Positions 30,607 through 39,804 of a stretch of DNA of 64,000 nucleotides are shown in pieces. Under the pieces are notes generated by a model, which had not been told where the DNA came from, made no database searches, and saw only the letters and a list, made by a program, of their open reading frames with translations. Within the stretch, counting starts at the first letter, position 1; the number at the start of each line of letters is the position of its first letter. Origin of the DNA: Candidatus Krumholzibacteriota bacterium (GTDB lineage: Bacteria > Krumholzibacteriota > Krumholzibacteriia > Krumholzibacteriales > Krumholzibacteriaceae); NCBI GenBank assembly GCA_030609325.1, contig JAUWCL010000009.1:4818-68817 (forward strand), given 5' to 3'. A program made the position numbers and the translations under genes.

Positions 30607-31974
30607 ATGCAAGGTGATACGATCGTTGCCCTGAGCACGCCGCCGGGAAGTTCGGGGATCGCGGTTATCAGGATCTCGGGGCCGGACGCGAGCGGGATCC
30701 TCGAATCCATGACCCCCGGGGCCATGGCCTGGAAACAGAGGACGCTTTACAACCGAGTGCTCCGCGACGGCGACGGCGAGATGCTGGACGATGTCGTAGC
30801 GGCCGTGTTCCACGGCCCCAATTCATACACAGGCGAGGATGCGGTCGAGATCTCGTGCCACGGGAGCATGCAGGTCGTATCGGCGATAATCGAGGAATCG
30901 ATAAGGGCGGGGGCGCGCCTTGCCGAACCTGGAGAGTTCACCCGGAGGGCATATCTCTCTGGAAAAATGGACCTTGCGCAGGCGGAGGCGGTCGCCGATC
31001 TGATCGCCTCGGAGACCAGGCTTCAAACGCGGGTCGCCCTGGAGCATCTCGAGGGAGGGCTCTCGAAGAAGGTCAACGCTATCGAGGAGAGACTGCGCTC
31101 GAAACTCGCACTGGTGGAAGCATCGATAGATTTTCCGGAAGAGGACATAGAGACATACACGGTGGCTGATCTGGCCGCCGTTTCAGATGAGACGAGGCGG
31201 GAGATATCGGAGCTTCTCGAGTCGGAGGTGGCTGGAGGGAAGTTGCGGCGCGGCATACGGATAACGATAACCGGTCCGAGAAACGCCGGGAAGAGCAGCC
31301 TCTACAATGCCCTTCTCGGAGAGGAAAGGGCGATCGTATCGCCGATTCCCGGCACCACGCGCGACGTGCTTAGGGAGCGGATACACATCGGGGGGTTCAC
31401 TTACCACCTCGAGGATACAGCGGGACTGGCCGAGACGGTGTGCGAGATCGAGAGCGAGGGCATGCGGAAGGGCAGAGAGGCAGCGTGCGCAGCCGATCTG
31501 GTCCTGTTCGTGGTCGACGCAGGCGAGGGATGGACCGGCGGGGCGCTGGAGGAGCTCGAGGCGCACGCAGGCCGAAACAGGATCGTGGTGGTGAACAAGA
31601 CGGACCTTGTCCCAGGAGGCGGGGAAACGGCGGACTGTTCGCCCGCAGGAGAGGTGCGTACGGTTGACGTATCGGCCGTGACAGGCGAGGGCCTGGGCAG
31701 GCTGAGGGAGAAGATATTCGAATTTACGGCGAACGGAGAGGTATCAAGCGTAAGCAGGGAGCGGATCGCCCTCAACATAAGGCAGGGCATGGCGCTGCGC
31801 AGGGCGGAAGAGGCGCTGGAAAGGCTTGGGAGAGAGCTCGGGATGAATTCCCCGGCGGAGATCCTCAGCCTCGAGATAAGGGAAGCACTCGATGCCTGCG
31901 GCGAGGTGACGGGAAGGTCCGCCGCAGAGGACATCCTCGGCGAAATATTCTCTAACTTCTGTATAGGCAAATAA
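30607..31974 (+). CDS. mnmE: tRNA modification GTPase MnmE
   Basis: G-domain (GPRNAGKSSL, DTAG), C-terminal ..CIGK. Confidence 0.9.
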   Translation: MQGDTIVALSTPPGSSGIAVIRISGPDASGILESMTPGAMAWKQRTLYNRVLRDGDGEMLDDVVAAVFHGPNSYTGEDAVEISCHGSMQVVSAIIEESIRAGARLAEPGEFTRRAYLSGKMDLAQAEAVADLIASETRLQTRVALEHLEGGLSKKVNAIEERLRSKLALVEASIDFPEEDIETYTVADLAAVSDETRREISELLESEVAGGKLRRGIRITITGPRNAGKSSLYNALLGEERAIVSPIPGTTRDVLRERIHIGGFTYHLEDTAGLAETVCEIESEGMRKGREAACAADLVLFVVDAGEGWTGGALEELEAHAGRNRIVVVNKTDLVPGGGETADCSPAGEVRTVDVSAVTGEGLGRLREKIFEFTANGEVSSVSRERIALNIRQGMALRRAEEALERLGRELGMNSPAEILSLEIREALDACGEVTGRSAAEDILGEIFSNFCIGK

Positions 31975-32010
31975 TTATAATACTTTTCCACAGCTTTTGA
32001 AGGTTGAGCG

Positions 32011-33849
32011 ATGAAGAATGACGTGATAGTCGTAGGCGGAGGGCACGCGGGGTGCGAGGCGGCACTGGCCTGTGCCAGGATGGGCGTGGAAACGCTCCTC
32101 GCCACGATCAGGAGGGGCGATATCGCGCGCATGCCCTGCAATCCGGCGATAGGAGGGCTGGCAAAGGGACAGCTCGTGCGGGAGATAGACGCGCTGGGTG
32201 GGGAGATGGGCCTCTGCATAGATCACGCAGGGATACAGTTCAGGATGCTCAACAGATCGAAAGGACCAGCAGTATGGTCGCCGAGAGCGCAGGCCGACAA
32301 GGTCGCCTATCACGAGAGGATGATGTCCGCTATAGAGGCGGAGGAGAATATCGAGCTCCTCGAAACGGAGATAATCGGCCTGGTCATGACCGGAGGGGTG
32401 GTGACCGCAGTGATGACCGCGGACCGTGGGGAGCTGCAGGCGAAAAAGGTAATACTGGCTCTCGGAACCTTCCCGAACGGTCTTATGCATATAGGGGAGA
32501 AACAGATACCGGGAGGAAGGGAGGGAGAGCCTCCCTCGCGCGGGCTCTCGGATTGGCTGTCCGGAGCGGGACTCGAGAGGGAGAGGCTGAAGACGGGCAC
32601 GCCCCCCAGGCTGGTGAAAGTATCGATCGATTTTTCGAGATGCGAGGTCCAGCCGGGCGACGAGGAGCCGTCTCCCTTCTCGTTCAGGACCGGGCGGCTC
32701 GTGGTCGAGCAGGTCCCCTGCCACATAACATGGACGGGGGAGAAGACCCATGCGATCATCAACGCAAACATCTATCGCGCTCCGCTCTTCTCGGGGCAGA
32801 TCCGGGGGGCGGGGCCGAGATACTGCCCATCGATAGAGGACAAGGTAGTAAGATTTTCCGAAAAGCCGAGACACCAGATATTCCTCGAGCCGGAGGGAAG
32901 GGATTCGGAAGAGATTTACGTGAACGGCCTCTCGACGAGCCTTCCCGCAGAGGTGCAGCTGGAGATGGTGAGGTCTGTACCGGGCCTCGAGGGTGCGGAG
33001 ATCGCCAGGTACGGGTACGCAATAGAATACGACTTCTTCCCGCCGCACCAGATACATTCGACACTCGAGTCGAGAAAGATCGCCGGCCTCTACTTCGCCG
33101 GACAGGTCAACGGGACGTCGGGATACGAGGAGGCGGCGGCACAGGGCCTGGTCGCCGGGATCAACGCCGCCCTCGCACTGCACGGGCGTGGTACCTTCGT
33201 TCCGGGGCGGAGCGAGGCATATATCGGTGTACTGATCGACGACCTGGTCACGAAGGAGATCAGGGAACCATACAGGATGTTCACTTCGAGGGCGGAATAC
33301 AGGCTCTCGCTCAGGCAGGACAACGCCGACGAAAGGCTTTTGAGATACGCAGTGAGATTCGGGCTTCTGCCGCGCGGGCAATGGGAACGGATGACAGAGG
33401 CGAGAAAATCGGTTCAGCGTGCCAGAAGAAGGCTGGAGGCCGAGAGTGTGACTGCGGGGGATGCCGGGACGATGCGTGCCGCACGGCTGCTGCAGAGGCC
33501 CGGTGTGAGCCTGGACGACGTCGAGTCGCTTCTGGCGGAGGGACCGCTGGCCCTCGGAAAGAGGGAGAGAGAGTCCCTCGAGATCGAACAGAAGTACAGG
33601 GGATATATACGCAGGCAGGGCAGGAGCGCCGAAAAGCTCAAGAGGATGGAGCGAAGACGCATCCCGGAAGACTTCCCGTATGGAGAAATCAAGGCTCTCA
33701 GCTCGGAGGCGAGGGAGAAGCTCGAGAAGTACCGCCCGGAGACCCTGGGGAAGGCAGCGAGACTCGCCGGAGTAAGGATCGCGGATGTCTCGATTCTGAT
33801 GGTCTTTCTGGAGAAGGCCGGGGCCTGGAGGGATGGCGATGACGGGTAA
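32011..33849 (+). CDS. mnmG: tRNA uridine 5-carboxymethylaminomethyl modification enzyme MnmG (GidA)
   Basis: FAD motif VIVVGGGHAGCEAA and full-length GidA conservation. Confidence 0.95.
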   Translation: MKNDVIVVGGGHAGCEAALACARMGVETLLATIRRGDIARMPCNPAIGGLAKGQLVREIDALGGEMGLCIDHAGIQFRMLNRSKGPAVWSPRAQADKVAYHERMMSAIEAEENIELLETEIIGLVMTGGVVTAVMTADRGELQAKKVILALGTFPNGLMHIGEKQIPGGREGEPPSRGLSDWLSGAGLERERLKTGTPPRLVKVSIDFSRCEVQPGDEEPSPFSFRTGRLVVEQVPCHITWTGEKTHAIINANIYRAPLFSGQIRGAGPRYCPSIEDKVVRFSEKPRHQIFLEPEGRDSEEIYVNGLSTSLPAEVQLEMVRSVPGLEGAEIARYGYAIEYDFFPPHQIHSTLESRKIAGLYFAGQVNGTSGYEEAAAQGLVAGINAALALHGRGTFVPGRSEAYIGVLIDDLVTKEIREPYRMFTSRAEYRLSLRQDNADERLLRYAVRFGLLPRGQWERMTEARKSVQRARRRLEAESVTAGDAGTMRAARLLQRPGVSLDDVESLLAEGPLALGKRERESLEIEQKYRGYIRRQGRSAEKLKRMERRRIPEDFPYGEIKALSSEAREKLEKYRPETLGKAARLAGVRIADVSILMVFLEKAGAWRDGDDG

Positions 33850-34453
33850 GGCCGACGATGTCTGGGGACGGGTGCTGGAGGAGCTCGGAGAGACGAAGCC
33901 CCCAGGGAAGCTCAGGGCATATGTGGACGAGCTGGTGAAGTGGGGCGAACGGATACACCTGACGGGCAGGGAGAGGATGGCCGATGCGATCGCCTCACAG
34001 ATATCTGATTCAATGATCATGCTCGGGCTGGCCGGGGAAGGAGCGGAGATTGCCGACATAGGAGCGGGCGCCGGATTTCCCGGGGTCGTATGGAAGCTCG
34101 CGAGACCGCACTGGGATGTGGTCCTCTTCGAGAGGAAGGAGCGCCTCGCGTCGTTCCTCTTGAGAACGACGACCCTTCTCGGTCTGGAAGGAGTATCGGT
34201 GAGGGCCGAGGACGCCGCAATTTATCCGGAGGCGGGCAGATTCGACGTCGTAACGTCAAAAGCGGCGGGTCGATTCGACGAAATGCTTCCGATCGCCGGC
34301 AGGATGCTCAGGAAGGGCGGGATATATGTGACCGCCAAGGGCGAGGGCTGGGAGGCTGAGTTCGAAGGGGTGTCAGAGGGCTTTTCGCCAGGGGGCAGGG
34401 CTCCGCTGAAAGGAAAAAGGGGAGAGGCGATCGCACTCGTTTTCAATCGATGA
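33833..34453 (+). CDS. rsmG: 16S rRNA (guanine527-N7)-methyltransferase RsmG (GidB)
   Basis: SAM motif IADIGAGAGFPG; overlaps mnmG end. Confidence 0.85.
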   Translation: MAMTGKADDVWGRVLEELGETKPPGKLRAYVDELVKWGERIHLTGRERMADAIASQISDSMIMLGLAGEGAEIADIGAGAGFPGVVWKLARPHWDVVLFERKERLASFLLRTTTLLGLEGVSVRAEDAAIYPEAGRFDVVTSKAAGRFDEMLPIAGRMLRKGGIYVTAKGEGWEAEFEGVSEGFSPGGRAPLKGKRGEAIALVFNR

Positions 34454-34460
34454 GCGGCGG

Positions 34461-34476
34461 CGTTTCACGTGAAACA
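34461..34476. other. parS centromere-like site (CGTTTCACGTGAAACA)
   Basis: 15/16 match to parS consensus TGTTTCACGTGAAACA; degenerate second copy CGTTTCACATGAAACG at 34486-34501. Confidence 0.6.
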
Positions 34477-34597
34477 CCGGGCGGCCGTTTCACATGAAAC
34501 GGAAGATTCCTCGAAAATACCCGATTTTTTCATTGATTTCGATCTTCCCGATTCATATAATCCCGCAAGTCCCACGAGGTTGCTCCGGGAGGTATCT

Positions 34598-35806
34598 ATG
34601 CGAGCCACGGGCGTTTATATTATGGCGTTAGCGCTCTTTTCCACAATTCTTGCGGCCGTTTCGGGTTGCGATGATTCCATCCAATTCTTGAACAACCCGC
34701 CGGGCGGGCTGGTAATCATAAAAAACAAGTGTTATCTCGGTCCTGACGATCTGGTAACTCTCACCGGCAGTGCGACAGACGCCGATGGCGATTCGATATA
34801 CTACAGCTGGACCGCTGAAGCGGGCACCCTGTCGCCGTCCGACGGCAAGGGGCAGACCGTCACCTGGCTGGCTCCGGACAGTCACGGGACATACAGGGTC
34901 ACGCTAAAGGCTACCGACGGGCTCGACGTTGCGTCGAAGGGGATCGACCTCGATGTCGGGCGGAATCTCGACATCCTTCACGACGGCGGCATCCTCGATC
35001 AGACCGACTACGCCTACATCGTGCCGAACGCCACGCCTCTTAATATCAGCGAGCTGATCACCGTCCGGATAGAAGCCGGTGTGACTGTCGTGTTCAATGA
35101 AGGGACCGGCGGCTTCAACGTCGGAGGCACGCTCATCATCAACGGCACGCAGCAGGACAGGGTCCTCTTGATGCCGAACGTATGTCCCGGCGAGGAACGC
35201 GTATGGAAGGGGATCAGATTCAGCGGCTACACGGCGACAGGGACTTTGAATTATATCACGATGACGTCCGCGGCCGAGGGATTATCTGTTGAGAACGGCG
35301 CCCATGTAACGGCGGACAACATCATCGTCGATCTGACAACCGGTGACGGGGTGTCCGTGAAATGCAGCGGCAACCTTACCCTTTTGAATTCGAAGATCTG
35401 GGAGAACGGCGCCGGTATATGTATTGCGGGCGGAACGCTGCAGACACGAAACACATCAATTAGTTACAATGGTAATTACGGGTTCTCGATGACCTCCATC
35501 TCGGGGTTTTTCGACGTAGACATAATTGATTGCGTCGTTGCGAACAACGGACGGTACGGATTCGTGCTTGCGGACGTCGCCGGCCCGGTGGTAAACAACT
35601 GCTCGATTTTTCTGAACGGAACGAGCATGACTGATATACGCGCCGTGCTGTTTTTCCGGGATTATACTGGAACAGATCCTGTCGACATGACTGGAAACTA
35701 CTGGGGGGCGACGACAGCTATTGAGATTGAAAGCCAGATAAAGAGGGATGGTGAAGCTTCGGGTACGATCGACTATTCGGGCTGGCTCACAGAGCCGCCG
35801 GTATAA
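34598..35806 (+). CDS. lipoprotein with PKD/Ig-like domain and right-handed parallel beta-helix repeats
   Basis: Start set at [24 protein letters not shown] (lipobox, GGGAGG RBS 5 nt upstream); the track N-terminus overlaps parS sites. Ig-like block ([27 protein letters not shown]) then beta-helix repeats ([31 protein letters not shown]). Confidence 0.6.
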   Translation: MRATGVYIMALALFSTILAAVSGCDDSIQFLNNPPGGLVIIKNKCYLGPDDLVTLTGSATDADGDSIYYSWTAEAGTLSPSDGKGQTVTWLAPDSHGTYRVTLKATDGLDVASKGIDLDVGRNLDILHDGGILDQTDYAYIVPNATPLNISELITVRIEAGVTVVFNEGTGGFNVGGTLIINGTQQDRVLLMPNVCPGEERVWKGIRFSGYTATGTLNYITMTSAAEGLSVENGAHVTADNIIVDLTTGDGVSVKCSGNLTLLNSKIWENGAGICIAGGTLQTRNTSISYNGNYGFSMTSISGFFDVDIIDCVVANNGRYGFVLADVAGPVVNNCSIFLNGTSMTDIRAVLFFRDYTGTDPVDMTGNYWGATTAIEIESQIKRDGEASGTIDYSGWLTEPPV

Positions 35807-35837
35807 GAATGACGAAAGCGGGAAGAACGGGAGAGGA

Positions 35838-36665
35838 ATGGGAAAGGTAATAGCGATCGCCAACCAGAAGGGCGGAGTAGGAAAGACGACGACCGCGGTG
35901 AACCTGAGCGCCAGTCTCGGGGTGGCCGAGAAAAAGGTCCTGCTGGTCGATGCGGATCCTCAGGCCAACGCGAGCAGCGGGCTCGGGGTGAGGCTCTCCG
36001 GGGAAGAGGATACGATCTACGAGGTCCTGATCGGCGAGGCGCGGGCGAAGGATGTAATAAGAGACGCCGGCCTTGTGGATCTGCTCCCGTCTCATCCGAA
36101 GCTGAGCGGCGCGGAGATAGAGCTCGTCTCGCAGATAGCGAGGGAGCAGAAGCTCAAGACGGCGCTGTCAGGCGTGACAGGCGACTACGATTTCGTCATC
36201 ATCGACTGCCCGCCCAGCCTGGGCCTGATCACACTCAACACACTGACGGCGGCGGACACGATACTGATACCGATACAGTGCGAGTACTACGCGCTAGAGG
36301 GGCTTAGCCAGCTTCTCGGGACGATCAGGATGGTGCAGAAGCACCTCAATCCCGATCTCAGGATAGAAGGGGTGCTGCTGACGATGTTCGACAAGAGGCT
36401 GCGGCTGGCCGGGCAGGTCGCCGACGAGGCGATCTCGTACTTCGGCGAAAAGGTATACGACAACATAATACCGAGGAACGTCAGGCTCAGCGAGTGCCCG
36501 AGCTTCGGCAAGCCGGTGATCCTCTACGACGTTCAGAGCAAGGGGGCGAAGAGCTACCTGAGGCTCGCCCTCGAGGTGATCGAGAAACAGGTCAGGCATC
36601 ACGAGGAGAAGCGTTCCAGGAGAGGACGCCCGAGTAAGGAAGCGGTAGCAGGGAGAGGCGTCTGA
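35838..36665 (+). CDS. parA: chromosome partitioning ATPase ParA/Soj
   Basis: Deviant Walker A KGGVGKTT; start at [10 protein letters not shown] with GGAGAGG RBS. Confidence 0.9.
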   Translation: MGKVIAIANQKGGVGKTTTAVNLSASLGVAEKKVLLVDADPQANASSGLGVRLSGEEDTIYEVLIGEARAKDVIRDAGLVDLLPSHPKLSGAEIELVSQIAREQKLKTALSGVTGDYDFVIIDCPPSLGLITLNTLTAADTILIPIQCEYYALEGLSQLLGTIRMVQKHLNPDLRIEGVLLTMFDKRLRLAGQVADEAISYFGEKVYDNIIPRNVRLSECPSFGKPVILYDVQSKGAKSYLRLALEVIEKQVRHHEEKRSRRGRPSKEAVAGRGV

Positions 36666-36666
36666 T

Positions 36667-37518
36667 ATGAAGAAAGAAGTATTGGGCAGGGGGCTCGAGG
36701 CCCTTCTCTCCCCGGACCTGAAGGAAAGTGTCTCTGAGACCGAGAGGGTCAAGGAGCTCGCCCTCGACAGCATAGACGCCAATCCGCACCAGCCGCGCGA
36801 GCGTTTCGACGACGAACATCTCGGCGAGCTCGCAGAATCGATAAGAAAACACGGAGTACTGCAGCCGGTAGTCGTGCGCAGGGCCGGGGAGAGATATCAG
36901 CTCGTAATGGGCGAGAGAAGGCTGCGCGCGTCGAAGATTGCCGGCAGGACGACGATCCCCGCCATAGTCAGGGAGATAAGCGAAGACGATTCGCTCAAGT
37001 TCGCCCTGCTGGAGAACCTCCAGCGCGAGGACCTGACCCCGGTCGAGGAGGCCCGGGGGTACGCCGCTCTCAGGGACGAGTTCGGACTTTCCGTAAAGGA
37101 TGTTGCCGGGATACTCGGCAAGGACAGGAGCACGGTGGCCAATACCCTCAGGCTGCTGAAGCTGCCGGCACGGGTGATAGAACTGCTCGAGCAGGGCAGA
37201 CTGACGGCGGGGCATGCCAGGGCGATATTGTCCATCGAGGGCGAGGCCCGGCAGATCGAGTGGGCCGAGAGGGTGGTATCGCAGGGCTTTACCGTTCGCG
37301 ATATCGAGGAGGCTGTCCCCGCGAAGAAGGACAGGAAGAAAAGGAGAAGGAAGACCGATCCCCAGCTCGCAGCCATAGAGGAACGAGCCGAGCTGAGATT
37401 CGGGGCGAGGGTGAGGATCGTGCCGCGACGGAAGGGCGGCGTGATATCGATAGATTATTATTCGACAGGGGAGCTGGAAGCGATTCTCGAGAAAATGGGG
37501 GTGGATACGGAGATGTAG
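36667..37518 (+). CDS. parB: chromosome partitioning protein ParB/Spo0J
   Basis: ParB box GERRLRAS, HTH, C-terminal dimerisation region. Confidence 0.9.
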   Translation: MKKEVLGRGLEALLSPDLKESVSETERVKELALDSIDANPHQPRERFDDEHLGELAESIRKHGVLQPVVVRRAGERYQLVMGERRLRASKIAGRTTIPAIVREISEDDSLKFALLENLQREDLTPVEEARGYAALRDEFGLSVKDVAGILGKDRSTVANTLRLLKLPARVIELLEQGRLTAGHARAILSIEGEARQIEWAERVVSQGFTVRDIEEAVPAKKDRKKRRRKTDPQLAAIEERAELRFGARVRIVPRRKGGVISIDYYSTGELEAILEKMGVDTEM

Positions 37519-37552
37519 CGGGCCGGGAAGGCAGCCGCCTTCGTGAACAGGG

Positions 37553-38332
37553 ATGAAGAAGAGCACCTTTACCGTCATCGTAGTTCCGCACGATCCGCAG
37601 AGGACTCGGAACTACAAGATCCCGTACCGGCTCTTCTACGTCCTGGTCACCTTCTTATGCATCGGCCTGGCGGCGGCGATCGTCTTCATGGCCACGTACG
37701 GCAGGCTGCTGCTGAAGGCGAGAGAGTCGGCGGCCCTGGCCGGGCAGGTAGAGGAGCTGACCAGGAGAAATGAACAGATCGGCGAGATAGTACGAAACCT
37801 TTCGGAGCTGCACGCGATGGACCTGAAGGTGAGGCAGATGCTCGGCGTAGACGTGGCGGAAGAAGACAGTCTTGCCATGAGCAGGATGCAGGAGCCCGAC
37901 GGGCTGACTGACAGGGAGGTGCAGGGCGGGAAGGAGCAGATGCTGAGATCGATTCCCAGCTTCTGGCCGGTGCGCGGGTACATCACGAAGTCGTTCAACA
38001 TGGCCGGAGGGACCGGTGACGAGGATTACCATCCCGGTATAGACCTCGGCGTAGAAAGGGGGACGCCCGTAAGGGCGGCGGCTTCCGGATACATCACCGA
38101 GGCGGGCTGGGACGACACGTACGGATACTTTGTCCGGATCGATCACGGCTACGGGATAAAAACACTTTACGGGCACAACGACAGACTGGTAGTAATGAGG
38201 GGCGAAAGAGTCGGCAGGGGGCAGACGATCGCCTATTCCGGCAACACCGGGAGGAGTTCGGCGCCTCACCTGCACTTCGAGGTGATACAGGACAACGTTA
38301 ATGTCGATCCGTTGAAATACCTCTTGAAATAA
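37553..38332 (+). CDS. membrane-anchored M23 (LytM) peptidase
   Basis: N-terminal TM, coiled-coil, M23 motifs HPGIDL..HGYG..LYGHN..HLHFEV. Confidence 0.8.
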   Translation: MKKSTFTVIVVPHDPQRTRNYKIPYRLFYVLVTFLCIGLAAAIVFMATYGRLLLKARESAALAGQVEELTRRNEQIGEIVRNLSELHAMDLKVRQMLGVDVAEEDSLAMSRMQEPDGLTDREVQGGKEQMLRSIPSFWPVRGYITKSFNMAGGTGDEDYHPGIDLGVERGTPVRAAASGYITEAGWDDTYGYFVRIDHGYGIKTLYGHNDRLVVMRGERVGRGQTIAYSGNTGRSSAPHLHFEVIQDNVNVDPLKYLLK

Positions 38333-38341
38333 AGGCGGATT

Positions 38342-38815
38342 GTGATGAAAAAGACAGCGAAGAAGGGCCTTGCAATGTTCGGGAAAGAAGGTGAGAGCAT
38401 GGCTGACGAAGGAAAGATGAATTCGATCATCGGCAAGGGATGCAAGGTAACGGGGACGATAGACGTCCAGGACGGCACCCTCAGGATCGACGGGGATATG
38501 GAAGGCAACGTCAACTGTCCCGGAGGTACAGTGGTGATCGGAAAGGGCGGAACGGTGAAGGCGGACATCAAGGTGTCGAACGCCGTGGTCGGCGGAACGG
38601 TTCACGGGAACATCGACGCGCGCGAAAAGATCGAGCTCCAGGCCGGATCGCGTCTCGAGGGCGACATAAAGACGAAAAGGCTCGTCATAGACGAAGGCGT
38701 CTTTTTCGAGGGTTCGTGCAGGATGAGCCCGGACGGGAAAATCGCGGCGAGCCAGCACGCTCAGCTCGAGGTGAAGAAGGAAGAGAAAGAAAAGACCGGC
38801 GCCTGGAGCAAGTAG
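38342..38815 (+). CDS. bactofilin (CcmA/BacA family cytoskeletal protein)
   Basis: Beta-helical bactofilin repeats (KVTGTIDVQDGTLRIDGDMEGNV, TVVIGKGGTVKADIKVSNAVVGGTVHGNI, LEGDIKTKRLVIDEGVFFEGSCRM). Confidence 0.8.
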   Translation: MMKKTAKKGLAMFGKEGESMADEGKMNSIIGKGCKVTGTIDVQDGTLRIDGDMEGNVNCPGGTVVIGKGGTVKADIKVSNAVVGGTVHGNIDAREKIELQAGSRLEGDIKTKRLVIDEGVFFEGSCRMSPDGKIAASQHAQLEVKKEEKEKTGAWSK

Positions 38816-38840
38816 CGTATCCGGCACCGGAAAAATGAAC

Positions 38841-38856
38841 CGCTTCACGTGAAACA
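38841..38856. other. parS-like site (CGCTTCACGTGAAACA)
   Basis: 14/16 match to parS consensus, downstream of the parAB-M23-bactofilin block. Confidence 0.45.
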
Positions 38857-38903
38857 GACGGGATGCATCCCGCCCGGCGCGGTGGAAATATATATGAAAA
38901 TAT

Positions 38904-38930
38904 AAAGGGGGCGTTCCGCGCGCCCCCTTT
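38904..38930. terminator. bidirectional intrinsic terminator
   Basis: Perfect 10-bp stem AAAGGGGGCG / CGCCCCCTTT with 7-nt loop, U-rich on the minus strand; between convergent bactofilin and hsp20. Confidence 0.6.
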
Positions 38931-38954
38931 ATCGCTGATGACGGCGGCCAGCGT

Positions 38955-39401
38955 CTACTTCACGTCGATCTTGATCTCTTTCGGCTTCTCGGGCTCGGCC
39001 TTGGGAACGGCCAGTCTGAGAATACCGTCCGCGTACTCTGCCTCGATATCGTCGGTCGTTATGTTCTCGGGGAGCGTGAATGCTCTCTGGAAGGTGCCGC
39101 AGCTCCTCTCGCAGATGTGGTAGTTCGCATTCTTCTCTTCCTTCTCGGACTTTCTCTCGCCCTTGATCGTCAGGACGTTGTCCCGGACCTCGATATCGAT
39201 GTCTTCCCTCTTCATACCGGGGACTTCCGCGGTGATCTCGAACTTGTCCTCCAGCTCCTCGACGTTGACACTCGGGGTCCAGTCGAAATTCTGGAGATCC
39301 ATCTTCCTCCGGTTCGGTCCGAAGAAATCATCGAACATCCGGTCGAAATGATCGTAAAAAACGGGAAGTCCGGTCCTCGGTCTCCATTGTACGAGCCTCA
39401 T
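38955..39401 (-). CDS. small heat-shock protein (Hsp20/alpha-crystallin)
   Basis: ACD core (FDWTPSVNVEE..AEVPGMKREDIDIEV..LTIKGE..GILRLAVPK); AGGAGG RBS. Confidence 0.9.
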   Translation of the reverse strand: MRLVQWRPRTGLPVFYDHFDRMFDDFFGPNRRKMDLQNFDWTPSVNVEELEDKFEITAEVPGMKREDIDIEVRDNVLTIKGERKSEKEEKNANYHICERSCGTFQRAFTLPENITTDDIEAEYADGILRLAVPKAEPEKPKEIKIDVK

Positions 39402-39804
39402 CTAAATACCTCCTGTGTGTTTTCCGGTTTCTTTATCCGGGTTCCTTTCCTGATCATGCAATACGCATCTTGTGTGCCAGAACTGCCTGCCACGCCGTAA
39501 CCGAATGAATAAATGGCGGTTACGAGGGGTGGCAGGCTCGATGGAGAGAGATTTCGGGGGGATGGCGAGACCCCGGCATGACAAAACCCTGCCAGACAGA
39601 GACTGGTGACAGCACAAATACTGCCATAATGGCGGGCCGCTTCGATCAAGCTGGACGGGTCCGCATTCACTCTGCCGACGGGACCGGACGCGGCAGGCGC
39701 GCGCAACGGCCGAAAAACAATGGAACATATATCGTTATTACCGTATAAAGTATTACTGGACGATGTATGCAGTATAATAACGGAATCCGGCAGAAGGGGG
39801 AGAT

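Noticed and set aside
31975-34059. 694-aa minus-strand ORF
   Set aside because: Antisense to mnmG and rsmG; no recognisable motifs.
39440-39480. Sigma-54-like TGGCAC..TTGC promoter upstream of hsp20
   Set aside because: The GG-to-GC spacing is about 17 nt rather than the required 10.
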